NCBI GenBank assembly: GCA_025603075.1
Contig: MU626366.1
Location: 10,492 to 74,491, forward strand
Length of the DNA: 64,000 nt
From: Neoconidiobolus thromboides FSU 785
Taxonomy: Eukaryota > Fungi > Entomophthoromycota
Reading direction: 5' to 3'
The notes under the pieces were generated by a model, which saw only the letters and a list, made by a program, of their open reading frames with translations, did not search any database and was not told the DNA's origin. The position numbers and the translations under genes were made by a program. Shown piece after piece: positions 1 through 18,175 of the stretch (positions within the stretch are counted from its first letter, which is position 1; each line of letters opens with the position of its first letter).

Positions 1-1
1 A

Positions 2-451
2 CAAGTAGAAGGATATCAACCAGAAGAAGGTAAAGATATATTTGAAAGTGAATATAAAGGAAATGAGAGAATAAGTGAAGCAGATAAAAAGAATGATATT
101 CAAAGTTTAGAAAGAAAGTTATCTGATAAGTTATATTTAGTAATTAAAAACAAACAAGAAAATCAATGGGTATTACCAGTGAAACAAGTAGATGATAACC
201 AAATTGATAGTTTACAAGGGTTTGCTAAAGAATTGATGAAAGCTCAATTTGGTGATAATTTAGATTTATTTTGGGTGGGAAAAGCACCTATTGGTGTTAT
301 TAATCAAACTACCTTCTTTATGAAAGCTCATATTTTAGCAGGGAAAATTGAAGAAAAAGAAAAGGATATAGAATACGCTTGGTTAAGTAAACAAGAAATT
401 GAAGTTAAAATGGATAAAGAATATTTTAATAAAATTAAAGATTTACTTTAA
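2..451 (+). CDS. MRPL46: Mitochondrial ribosomal protein mL46 (MRPL46/MrpL17), 3' part; 5' end lies outside the window
   Basis: Open frame from base 2 reads ...ISEADKKNDIQSLERKLSDKLYLVIKNKQENQWVLP...FWVGKAPIG...TFFMKAHILAG...YAWLSKQE. This matches the mL46 'AD..D.SL.RKL..LYL..W.FP' pattern and Nudix-like C-terminus. Confidence 0.85.
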   Translation, partial: QVEGYQPEEGKDIFESEYKGNERISEADKKNDIQSLERKLSDKLYLVIKNKQENQWVLPVKQVDDNQIDSLQGFAKELMKAQFGDNLDLFWVGKAPIGVINQTTFFMKAHILAGKIEEKEKDIEYAWLSKQEIEVKMDKEYFNKIKDLL

Positions 452-555
452 AACAAAGAACAAGTTTATTGTGAATGATAATAGAAAAATAAAAAAATAA
501 AATTAGAAATTTAATGTATATTATATATTATATATTATATATTGTGTATTCTTTT

Positions 556-1037
556 TTATTTTAGTTGAAATAAATATTGAAATTTACTATTATTAAATTG
601 AATATTATTATTAATTAACCAGTTATATTCTAATTGTATGTTATATTCTAATAATAAATTAAGTTCATAATAAAATAAAGTTAATAGTTGGTAATAACCA
701 CTTAATAAAGATTGATTATTATTATAAAATAATAATAGTTTATGAAATTTAACTAGAAAATGATTAAAATAATTAGTTATTATTATATTATTATTTAAAT
801 TTATAGTATATAATTGTTTGAATAAATAGTTTAAACTACAATAAATACCACTCTCATGGGGATTCGATTGTATAAATTGTAGTAAATTATTTAATTGAAC
901 TAATAATAAATCAATATCCCATTGAATTAATTGAATTAATTTAAAATAATATAAATAATAATAATAATTTCTGTTAAAATGAAATTGTTGTTTGTTAGTT
1001 ATTATTAATTGTAACTCATTTAATAATAATAACTGTA

Positions 1038-1070
<33 letters not shown>

Positions 1071-1744
1071 GATAATTTGTATTTAAATCATTGTTTTGTA
1101 AAAGTAATTGTTGTATTATCCATTCTCTAATAATAATAATAATAATAGTAAATAAATAAATAGTTTATAAATTCTATTAACTAATTTAACAAAATTACCT
1201 ATGGTGCCAAACAACGGATAATTTGGATATATTTCTAGATATACTTAATATTAAGTCAATGAAATTTAATTCATGTTTATATATATCTATTGAATTCTTA
1301 GATAATAATAATTCTTTTCTATTTATAACAATATTAATAATAATATTAATAATAATATTTCATTAAAAACATAAATTTAACTTTACCTCATTCTATATCC
1401 TGAATAATAATTTGGTTTTGATATTAATAATATTTTTAATAGTATATCATTTTTAATAAAATCTTGTTTATTAATATCAATTTCATTAATATTAATGTTT
1501 GAATAATATTGTTTTATAGGTTCATGTAAATCATATAAACTAAGTTTGTAAATTCCTAACTTTTTTTCTAATTTATTAAATTTATAACATTCTTTTTCAT
1601 TACTATTTAAATAAATTATTTGTATTATTATTCTATTATATAATATTGTTACCTAATCATTAAATAACCAATTTCATCAATTTCATTATCTTTTATAATT
1701 TCAAATAATTTAAAAATCAAAGGCAATTGAAATAAACCATCCAT
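556..1744 (-). CDS. Protein prenyltransferase alpha-subunit repeat protein (PTAR1/Ecm9-like), 4 exons, absent from ORF track
   Basis: Manual splicing with GT-AG introns 1652-1603, 1386-1319 and 1198-1127 gives a stop-free frame: MDGLFQLPLIFKLFEIIKDNEIDEIG...EKKLGIYK...ILLISKPNYYSGYRMRKELL...ELNFIDLILSISRNISKLSVVWHHREW...FNRNYY...QSNPHESGIY. Stop TAA at 558-556. Confidence 0.75.
1039..1071. repeat. (TTG)11 microsatellite encoding poly-Q in the PTAR1-like gene
   Basis: Read directly; CAA x11 in frame on the minus strand. Confidence 0.95.
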
Positions 1745-1914
1745 AATTTAAAATAATAAAATAAAATAAAAATATTTAAAAATGAAAAGTTAAAAATTTA
1801 ATAAATGTTTTATTCGAATTACTAAAAATAGTAATCCACTAATAAGAATTGCAGTATATCTATAATGTATTTATTATAAGAGAGAGGAAAAGACAAAATA
1901 AAAGTAATATATTA

Positions 1915-2113
1915 TTATAAATAATCAATATTAATTTTATTTGACTTTAATAATCGATTAGAATGTGGATATGATCGATATAACCATTTGAATAATAAAT
2001 TCAACTTATTATTTAATGTTAACGGATGAATTAATTGATTATTACTATTAATTATTTGTTTAATATCTTGAACATCTTTTAACTGTTTTATAATTTCTTC
2101 ATCTTCTTCTTCT

Positions 2114-2161
<48 letters not shown>

Positions 2162-2751
2162 CTAATTGCATTATTTTGCTGTAGAACAGTTAATGAAATA
2201 CCAATACTAACATTTAAATTTAAAGATTGAGAAAATCCAACCATAGGTAATTTAAAACAATAGTCACTATTATTAATACAATAATTACTTAAACCTCTGT
2301 TTTCATTACCAAACATTAATGCTAATTTTGGTAATTTATTATTATTATTATTCTTTAATTTATTTAATATAGTTTCTAAACTTTGACTATTTTCATTTAA
2401 AGTAGATGCTAATAATAGGATATTTTGTTTTTTTAAATTCAATAAACAATCTTTTGGATGTTGATATCGATTTATTGTTAACCATTTATCTACATTTAAA
2501 TTACAATTTTTAGTCATTAATTGATTGAACTTATCAACACTTTCAATTAAATGATAATTTTGAATGCCAAAACAATCTCCTGTTCTTAAACTAGCACTAC
2601 CATTCATTGGATCACTTAAATTTTCTAATATAATATTTATACCGTCATTACGTTCATTTAATATGTTTATAAATTTAGTTACTCTTTCTTTTTTAATTAC
2701 TCTTCTTAATACTTTAATGCCAGAGATAAGATTATTGACTTCATAATTCAT
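1915..2751 (-). CDS. Stand-alone SpoU/TrmH-family RNA 2'-O-methyltransferase (SPOUT), intronless
   Basis: SPOUT motifs ILENLSDPMNGSASLRTGDCFG, LMFGNENRGLS and LPMVGFSQSLNLNVS; poly-N/acidic insert near the C-terminus. Confidence 0.85.
2116..2157. repeat. (ATT)14 microsatellite encoding poly-N in the TrmH-like gene
   Basis: Read directly; N14 in the ORF translation. Confidence 0.95.
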
Positions 2752-5106
2752 TTTTATATATTTAAACTTAAATTTAAATTCAAACTAAAAAAGTGTTTAA
2801 AAATAAAATAAAGTAAAATTCAAATAAACTCAAATGTTTTTATTCTTTAATAATTTTCAATTTATTTATTATAGTAAAAACAATTCAAAGTTATTAAAAT
2901 AGTTCTTTTACTAAATTGTTTTGTGTCTAATGCTTTGTTAAATAAAATACATTGATACAATATATTATTTATTATATGTTATTATAATTATTACTTACTA
3001 TCATAAAAATTATCTATAAAATAAGCAAATGCAATATTGACTTTGATTGATTTTAATAAAATATTTGGTAATATATTATTAATAAGTTTAATTAACTATA
3101 AATTATTAGAACTATTATCATTTGATATAAAAAATAAAGTTTCTATTAAATTAAAAATATTTACTCTAATGAGAATAAATATTATATAAACTATTATTGT
3201 AAATTACTATAAATTATTATAAATTATTATTATATTAAACTTACTTAACTAATGTTATTTCAATCTTATTTTTGTTTATAAATCTATATCCTTTAACTTC
3301 TCTCCTTACATTCTCATTCTTAATATCATTTATAAATTCAATATTATAAAAACAACTATTTCAGTTCTCTCTAATGATTATAACAAATTCAACAACAAGT
3401 TAATCTTATCGTTAATATTATACATTGTAATAAATCTTTACTTTCTTCCTTTTTCAATAAAATAAACAAATAAATAAATTTCAATTCACTTACTTTGAAT
3501 TATTTGATGTTATAAAACCATTTAAAGCTCCTCAATCCATTTTATTTCAATTAGAAATTGTTGCTATCCATAATAAAATTCTATAGTCATTAATTATTTA
3601 TTTTCTTATAATAAAAAAATAAATCTTTAGTTAAAATCTTTAAAAGTTAATTTTCTATTTTAAAGTATTTTTACTTAATAGTCTAGACTTCTTAGATACT
3701 TACGGTGATGGTAATAGCCTGCAACAGTAAAATAATTTTTTTGCAAAATAATAAACTGATTCTCAAAAGAGAATTTAAAATAAATCAATTAAAAATAGTT
3801 TTGTCAATTTTAAAAATAATCATTTAATTTACACTTTTTTATATAAAGCTAATATATTAACTTAATATAATATTTAATAAATAAATAGATAAATAAAATT
3901 TCTAAAATACAAAATTTTGTACAAGTATTGAACTTTTTTTTATAATTAAGTTTACTTAATTTAGTAAAATTCTATTTAACCTAAAATGTAATTTAACTTG
4001 TAACTTTAATTGAGTTTTAATAAAATATAAATGATTTATTATTATTATATGTGAGTTATCTAAATGTAACATTAACGTCTATTTCGTTTGATTGACCTTC
4101 TACTAATATATATTTATAAGTAGTACTTAACTTATTTCAATTATTAATAATCATATCTAATAATTAAGTTATTAAAGTTAAAGCTTGATGTCATCACTGG
4201 CTGTTATCAAATTCAATTACATTTATTACAATACTAACTAATATATCAAATGAAGTTAATTTTGTAACTACTTTCAATTGATTTTATATTATGGGGTATG
4301 TAATAATATTCTACCTATCTATTATAGTCAATTTGGAACTATTACAATATTAACTTAAAGCATAAAATACAATTTAAATTTTTATAAAGTTAATTTTATA
4401 TAGTTTTGAAAACATTAATTTAGACATTCAAAGTTTTTATCAAATTAGCATTTCTAAATAACTCAAATTTCTTTAATATACCTTTTTGTTGAAGTTTTTA
4501 GTTAAAATTTTAAATTCTATTATCTATAAACGTTTGGAATAGATATTCTTTTATTATTTGTATATTTATTCATTTATACTATATATAATTTTTAATTAAT
4601 ATTTATTTAACTTATAAGAGGGGCCATCTGATATTCAATCTTCAACATAGTTGGTGCAAAAACTGAAACCAAATCGAAGATATCCAATAAAATTAAAATA
4701 AGCAGTATACCAATAATATCCCTTAAAAACTTTTCTAGTATGTCTGTTGTCGAACATATATTTGGTTTAAAAATTACTTGATTTGCTCGAATGGACAAAT
4801 TGTACTCTCATCTCACCAAGTAAAGTTCAATGTTAAAATTCATTTTAAACCAATAATTTCAAGCCAATTAGTGTAGCTAAATTAGTTTTAGCAAATTAAA
4901 ATGAAATTATCATATAAATGATTATTAATTGGATAATGCTCCCATAAACTTTGGCTAGTATTGACTAATCAATCCACTGCATCATTGAGTTATGTAAGTA
5001 TTAAATTTATTAAATCTTTTCTTCAAGTTTAGCTAGCTATCCTTTAGTCCTTTTTAAACAACTTACTTAAGGAAACATCATTTCTTACTAATTAAAAAGC
5101 ATAGTT

Positions 5107-6949
5107 ATGGCTAATAACAATTATGCAAATCAAAACCCACCTTTGGACCAAATGATGCAATCGCCACGTCCAGGGATGGTATATAATAATAATAATGTAA
5201 GGCCTGCTAATATGCGACCACTTATGAATGGAAATCAGCAAATTCCAGTTAATCCTGCTTTGGTGCAATACTATTCTTCCCAAAACCTTGCTATGTTTGG
5301 CCGAGGGGGTATGGCTAGACCAATTGGAATGAATCCACAGCAAATGCAAATGCAACTAATGTCTATTAGAGGAGCGATCCCTCCACAATTTTTGAATGCA
5401 ATGCAAGGGTCTATGAATGGACAAAGCTTTCAAGGTCAACAATCAATGCCTAATATGGGTTTAATGCAACATCCTGCCATTGTTACCCAAAACCAACAAT
5501 TGAATCAAGCTAAGCCTAATCCTCAACCACAAATGCCACCACAGCAAACACCTAAAGGTCCTCCATCTCTTATTACAAATCAATCTAACCCACCTTCAGA
5601 ACAGCAACCAACTCCAGCTGCACAAAACCCTTCTACGATCCCTACTCCAGTACCAGTACCAGTACAGGCCCAAGTTCCAACCTTAGCTCAAGTAGTACCT
5701 CAAGTTCTTCCACAAATGGTTAATCCACTTACTCTAGGAAAGTCAAATGCTTTTGAAAATGAAGGGAATTTAAGTTTCTTTGAAGCTGAGCATTATTTTC
5801 GAACATGTTTAGATTCTTTTTCTGAAGAAGGTGAGAATCTTGCTACAGCTAGTTATTGGAATACATTTGTTGAGAACCATTTTTCACCAGATTCCTTTAT
5901 TATTATGAAATATGATACTGGAAAACCTGGAGTTCCAACTTATAACTTTTTGAGTGACCATCGTATGTCAAGATTTCTTTTAAGGGCTCCATACTCCGTT
6001 GGTGCTACTCGTATTAATTATGTACTATCGAAACCAAAATTTGATAGATATGAAGATGTAGTAGAAATCTTTTATAATAATTGTGAAATAATTACCGAAT
6101 ATCCTCATCTTACTACTATCTCTAAAGGTACATTTAAGGTAATTATTGGAAATAATAAAAAATTGGTAGCATGGGAAATTATTATAAATAGTTGCACTGA
6201 AACTATGGATCGTGAATTATTGGATCAAACATTTTCTACTCCACATGGTATTAATGGAGCTTCAGATCCATTAAATAATCCCTTTACTTTAAATGATGTT
6301 GAATCCAAGTTCCCTGGTGTAATAGTTGACTATTTAATTGATAATAGAATAGTTACAAAGCTTGAGGTAATATAATATTAACAGTTTAACTTAAGCCTAA
6401 ACCTTTTAGGCATTTAAAGCTACTTATAAACTTAAAATTCCAATTATTGGACATGGGGCTACTTCTGTTCCACTTAAAGGTGATTTATTTTTAATTTATT
6501 TATTTATTTATTCTAATTCCTTTAGATTGTTTTGAAAGGGTACTTGAATCCTTTAAGCAATCAAGTGGTACAAATTCATTTTCAGTGGCACCTGGAGGAA
6601 ATAAAGCACCTCGTGTTACTCCTAAATCTAATAAACGTGGTGCAGAAAATGGACAAGCTAATTCTACTAATTTTAGTCATAATTTTCAAAATCCAATTCC
6701 AAATACTGGAACAATGATGTTTAATCATACTAATATGCAACAGCCTATGATCAATGGTCAATTTGTTAATCCAAATGGTAATAAACTTTATATTATTATT
6801 GATTTATTTACCTTAATTTAGAAGTTACTAGCAAGAGAGGTAGGGGTGGTGGAGGTACAAGGGGAACACGTCGTGGTAGGGGCCAAGGAGGTGCTAAGTC
6901 ACGTAAGCAATCTACAATTAAAACTCCAAAGGGGGAAGGAGGTCAATAA
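5107..6949 (+). CDS. LIM-domain-binding (LDB/SEUSS/Mfg1/Adn1-like) transcriptional co-regulator, 4 exons
   Basis: Q/M/P-rich N-terminus, then an LDB-like domain (YWNTFVENHFSP...RFL...GATRINYVL...GTFKV). Three downstream GT-AG introns splice in frame to an RG-rich C-terminus ending ...KGEGGQ* at 6949. Confidence 0.65.
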
Positions 6950-8366
6950 GTTAATCTTAATTACCATAAATACCTGAATTGACGTGAAACCAAGTTTAAA
7001 ACATATTATAAATAAGTGATAATCAGATTGCTTGTATTTATTGTTGAGACAAATTGGTTAAAATTATTTATCCTTTTAATAATCAAAAAGGTCCTTGACA
7101 CTTCTATTAAACTTACTCTGGAGAGTAAATTAAAACACACTATCATCAAATTAATATTTAATTTAATATTGTTCTAGCTGCATAAAATTATTTTCTCTTT
7201 CCTTCCCTACCAAGTTTTTGATACTTTCATTTAATGTAATTTTGATTAATAAATAAATTTAGCTTAATAGAATTTTATAGTTTCAAATCAATTTCAATAA
7301 ATATTATAAATTATATTCTATTCTAAATTTTAACTATATTATTATAATTTTTTAAAATTAAGAATAAAAAATACAAGGATATCTTTTTTCATTTTTTTAT
7401 GCAATATTAAAGTTAGAATGATTTTTTAAAATTCTTAAAACATAGACATCACTTTACTATTCTTTTGATAAGTTCTATAAAAGATTTAATACCAAATTAA
7501 TTAATGTAATGCCACACTTTAGTATCACATTGTTGCTTATATTGAAATGGAAATTTTTAACTCCATTAAAGCAATTATTTTACAAAATTATAAAATTTTC
7601 AATAATTTAATTTAAAAATAATACAAATATACCATTTATATAATCCTCTTTTTTTAATTAAATAAATTTAATAATTTAAAAATGAAATAGATATTATCAA
7701 CATTAATATAGTATTCCTTTTTTGATGTATTTATAAATGAAATTATTATAAAACTTTGAGATTTATTATAATAAAATTGTTAAAATTACAAAAAATCAAA
7801 TTTCAAGTTTTAATAACTTTATTACTAATATATCTTAATAGGTTATTTATCAATAAATATATTAGCTCTTTTTAGTATTTTTTAATATAAGATTTAAAGA
7901 CGTTGAATTTTTAATATTCTTAAAGATAAAGTTAAAATTGATTAATTGATTAATTGATTATGAAAAAAAGGGAAGAGCTTTTAATATTTAAAAAAAGGAG
8001 TTAAATCTTCCGAACCCTTAGACTAAAAAGTGGGCTTGTTGATAAAAAAAAAAAGAAAAAGAAGTAGTTGTTATTATTTTAATTTTTTACTATAATTTTA
8101 ATAACATTTGAATCTAATACTATATTTTACTCATATATAATTTAATAATTTCATATTATTGACATAAATTTCGTAATATTTAAAAGTATAAATACTTGTG
8201 GAAAATTAAAGGCATAAAAAGTAATTAGCCAATAATTAAATAAAGATAAAAGGTGAAGGAGAATCATCCACTAGAATTTTCAGCTTAATTTAGTTCACTT
8301 AATTCTATAGATTAATATAAATTACGCCACTATCATAAAACAAATAATTCAATTTAAATAATATTA

Positions 8367-9987
8367 ATGAGTTCAAGTCATCGTTCAAGATCTCAATCTC
8401 CAGATCCTAAGAAATTGAATAGAAGAATTTCTTTTAATGGTAAAATCATATAATGGATTTATTAATAATATTATTAAGATCTAAATTTATAGCTAAATCA
8501 TATTGGGATGAATTAAGTAAGAAAAGGGAAAAATATGAAAGAGAAAGAAGCTCATTATCAATTTATACTTCACCTTTAAAGGTTTTAGGCTACTTTTTAT
8601 TATATGCGTTAGATAAACTAGTTTTTATGATAAAGGTGTTAAGGAATAATAGATTTACATTGTCTATAACACTTATGATGTTTTGTATCCTTTATTCTTC
8701 TTTATTTTATGAAGGACCCCATAAAATAGTAATTTTCTTTTTTAAAAAAAATGATTTAATCAAAATAATTGTTAAATATTCCTAACATTTAATCATTAAT
8801 AGTTGATGGAAGTAATAAAAGGAGAAGTTAAGTTTTATGGATATTGGTTGTTGCTAGGAATTGCATCATCAATCGGATTAGGTACTGGACTGCATACATT
8901 TGTATTATTTTTAGGACCACATGTTGCTGAAATTACAATGGTAGCTTATGAATGTGGGTCTTTAGATTTTGATATAAGAGGAGAGAATAAGTAATTGCAT
9001 ATATAACTTAAGATTAAATATAACAATTAATAGATTCATATGTCAACCAGACTTAACAAATTCAAATATTGCAATTACACCATTCTTAATTTTATTGAAA
9101 GTACTTCCGCAATCTATTATTTGGGGATTTGGTACTGCATTAGGGGAATTACCTCCCTATTTTATTGCAAGGGCAGGTAAATTTTTTACAAACCAATGAA
9201 ATAAAGTAGCTCATATTAATAGCTGCATACGCTGGTAAAGGAAATGAAGAACTAGAACAACTTGAACAATTAAGTCAAAAAGATATTACTAAATTAAGTT
9301 ATAAACAAAGGTTATTTTTGACTGTATATCAATTGTTAAAAATAACCGGGTTTATGGGGATTTTCATTTGTGCATCGGTATAAATTTATTGTTTTATTAA
9401 AACAAATAATAACTTTTTTTAGATTCCTAATCCATTATTTGATTTAGCTGGAATAACATGTGGTCATTTTATGATCCCATTTTCTACATTTTTTTCTGCT
9501 GTTGTACTTGGAAAAGCTTTCGTAAAATCAAGTCTACAAGTATATATTTTACTTATTTTAACAAATTTAGATTAATATATCTATTAGGTACTAATAATAA
9601 TAGTCATGTTTTCAAAAGAAACAATACAAAAAATATTGGAATTTTTCAGACCACGTATACCATTTTTATATGACATGCTAGTAAAAATGATAAGTGAACA
9701 AACAAAAGTAATTAGAGAAGGAAATAAATCGACTTCAAATAATGTAATATTTATTATTATAATTATATAAATTAATGTTAATAGCTGTTTTATCTTAGAA
9801 TGAAAGTAATGGTATTATACCGTTATTGTGGAATAGTTTAATTGCATTAATGATGCTTTATTTTTTATTTTCAATTATTGAATCTTTAGCTTTAACTTAC
9901 CTTCAACAAACTCAGGAAACAGAATTAAGTAAACTAGAAAAAAGAAAAAAGAAAAAACATTCAAGGTCAAATTCCGTTTATTTTTAA
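8367..9987 (+). CDS. VMP1: Vacuole membrane protein 1 (DedA/VTT scramblase), 8 exons
   Basis: Hallmark motifs [47 protein letters not shown] and CAS|[16 protein letters not shown]; all 7 introns are GT-AG and in frame. Confidence 0.92.
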
Positions 9988-10745
9988 AATATTAATAAAT
10001 ATGCCTAAATATTATATCATACTATATTATAATTTAAATATAAATTTAGTACCTTTTTTGGTTTAAAATTACAATTGACATTGTTTATAATAGCGTGATA
10101 TTTAACTTAAATAAACTAGTATTTCTAATAATTAATATTTTTAAGTAATGTCACCTGATTCTTTTAATAAAGATATTGTCAGAGTTATTTTAATAATATT
10201 ATCACTATTTTTATATATATTAATATTTTTAATATTTTTTATTGTATAATACTTATGCTAATTATTTCATTTCTATTTTATTATTCAGGTACCCAATAAA
10301 TTTGTTATTTAAATTAAATACTATTTGGATTGCTTTAAATGAATTGGCCAATGAAAGTTAATTTGAGGCTATAGTTTTTTTTTTTTTATAAACTCCCTTA
10401 ATTAACTAATTTCACCCCATTAAAATTTAAAAATATGTAAATTAGATAGATTACAACATGCTTATAGTATTTTTCTTATCGGCCAATTAAATGATTGAAG
10501 TCGAAGTTGGACATTTTAATTGGGTAATTAGTTGAGGAGATAAGTTCTAAAAAATGCAAAGCTAACAACTAAAATAAAAATAAATAAAAATACCTCTTTT
10601 ACAAAAAAAATAATAAATTTTTATAATTAAAAAGGTAAATTTTAAAACAATAATAGTTCAGTATATTTAAACTTTGGTTTATTTAATATCTAATAATAGA
10701 GTTTAAATAATTTCTTTTAATAGATATTTGTAATATTTAACCAAA

Positions 10746-12763
<2,018 letters not shown>

Positions 12764-13341
12764 ACAAATCAAACCATCTCGATATAAAGCGGTAAGATAA
12801 CTTTTTTATCTACCCTTTGGCAATTCCTATTATCATCTCAACTTTATTGATCTATCTCATTTTGAGTTAGATTAATTAATCTCTCATTTACCCTTCAACT
12901 ACCTAGATCTAATTTTTCTTGTGTTATGTATATATTGGTACTTTTTGTTTTTTACCCTTATGGGGCATTTTAGAATTCAATCCTTCAAACCTGCTCTTAA
13001 AATTATTCAAAAATTACTAATTTTTCCTCCTTAGTGCCTTCCATAAATACATATTCGCACCCCAAGGTTTCTAATTTCCTTCCATCATCATTTACACTTC
13101 TCTCCTTTTATAGAATTTTTGCGTTGAGCTGATAAAAGTAAATCTATATTATAATAACTTCAAACTTTATTTCTTTTGTATTATTTCATTTATTCATATT
13201 AATTTAAGATAGTGATAGTATAATTAAACTCGAAAGTAAAATGTTACAAAAACAGTATAAATTTTGAGTAAACTATAAAGTGCGTTTGATATAATATACA
13301 TAAATAATTAGCTTAAAATAAACTTTATATAAAAATGATAA

Positions 13342-13448
13342 ATATGGGGATGTATTTTTGTATTTAAGAATTTTTCCAACAATTTTTCCACTCAAACAAC
13401 GCTTAAAAAAAGAAAAAAGTAATGAAGCCAAAAAAAACATCCCTATAT
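13342..13448 (+). mobile_element. ~105-bp foldback repeat (MITE-like), copy 1
   Basis: ATATGGGGATGTATTTTTG...CAAAAAAAACATCCCTATAT; lies 40 bp from the F-box/LRR stop codon. Confidence 0.85.
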
Positions 13449-13488
13449 AATAAAAGAATAACAAGGAAGACTTTATGGTAAGTTTTAA

Positions 13489-14600
13489 TCATTTATAAAC
13501 AATTAATTTGAATGTGGCTTTTTTTCTAAATGAATTTTCAATTTTTGATGAAAGTTGTATTGATGGACAAAACAGTAAATACTTCAAATCTTTCCATTCT
13601 TCGATAAACCGATGTAATTCTAATAATCTAGTTTGAATGCCTTTAATACCTAAATATTTTAATTTAGGAAGCAACTCTTTAAGGGGTTTCAACTCTTTAT
13701 ATAGATCGGTAATATCATCACTTATACGATTGAGGTGTAAGGTAAGGCTAGTAATATTAGGTGTAGCATTTTTCCTTGAAAAAAGGTTTATGAGATCAGA
13801 AATATCAAAATCAAACCATAAACCTAACTCTAGAGTAGTAATATTTTCATAAAGTTGACCAAAGATGGGCTCTATTGTATCAAGCTCAAAGTCGATTTGG
13901 TCAATCTTTAAGCTTTGTAATGTTGAATTGATTCTTTTCATTATTTTCAATAAACTCGATGATGTGTAATTTCGAAACGAACAAAGTGAAAGCGCTTTTA
14001 ACTTTGGTAAATTTTTTAATAATTTACAAAGTATCAAAGGACTAACTCTAGAAAGATGTTGAACGTTTAACTCAACCAAAGTTTCACTTAATGATTCTGA
14101 TAATAATTCGAATGCTATAAATATTTAGTATAATACAACAAAAATTAAAATGACTTACAATAATCTGTTAAATTGTAATTATTATTTAAAGTGAGAGATT
14201 TTAATTTTTTATGTGATATTAAATTTAACAATAAATTATCATATAAATGAACCACATTAGAAGCAATTAGTTTTTCTAAATAAGGACCTAAAACATTAAA
14301 TGTTACCTCTAATAGTTCATAAGATATTAAAGATAAAAAAGATAAATCTAGACATTTGATCATTTCCAACCTTGTAAAATTCATATTGTTTCTTGAATTT
14401 ATAAGGGAACCAAGTAAAATCTCTAACCTAGAGATATAGCATAGACGTAATGTTTCATAAATATAGGGCAGAATGCAATGATAATTCCTTTTATTGGTCA
14501 TTGCTATATTTATCAGTATGTCCTTATCTTCAACTTTGTCAAAACATTTTACAACCATTTCAAATAATTCTGGTGGTAATCTTTCTGTTGATTGAGTCAT
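13489..14600 (-). CDS. F-box-like/leucine-rich-repeat protein, 2 exons
   Basis: N-terminal ERLPPELFEMVVKCF (F-box-like) and LxxLxL repeats; intron 14158-14115 joins the two track ORFs in frame. Confidence 0.7.
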
Positions 14601-14869
14601 CTATGCTGAGTTTAGTATTATTATACCCTTAAAATCCTTTATATGTGTCTCGAAAATAATTAGCTTGTTTTATTATTGTTGTTTATATGAAATTAAACTT
14701 CACTCAATATGGGTTTGAAGTAAAGCTATGAATTCTTCTCTAAATCAATTAATTCAAAAGCTTAAAATACTATTTAAATAGCCTAAAATGATTGGAACGA
14801 AAAGCATTAGCTATAATTTGCCTTATTTGCGTATAGGTTTAAGCAAACTCAACTCATCATTTTTTAAAA

Positions 14870-18175
<3,306 letters not shown>

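Noticed and set aside
3200-4860. Possible decayed LRR/F-box-like pseudogene on the minus strand, including the 63-aa ORF 4607-4798
   Set aside because: Only short plausible-looking peptides between many stops; I could not build a consistent splice model or recognise a motif.
7375-7452. Possible very degenerate minus-strand relic of the foldback repeat
   Set aside because: Similarity is mostly A/T runs plus TAAAATTCTTAAA...ACATC, which is not distinguishable from chance by eye; not counted as a copy.
13273-13464. Repeat-derived ORFs (also 27216-27479 and 63452-63670) share a 'FKRYLSGKIVSKIL..KNTSPY' peptide and suggest a small-peptide gene family
   Set aside because: The peptide is just the repeat's reverse strand. 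Variable poly-T lengths shift the frame between copies (copy 5 gives a stop), so there is no conserved ORF.
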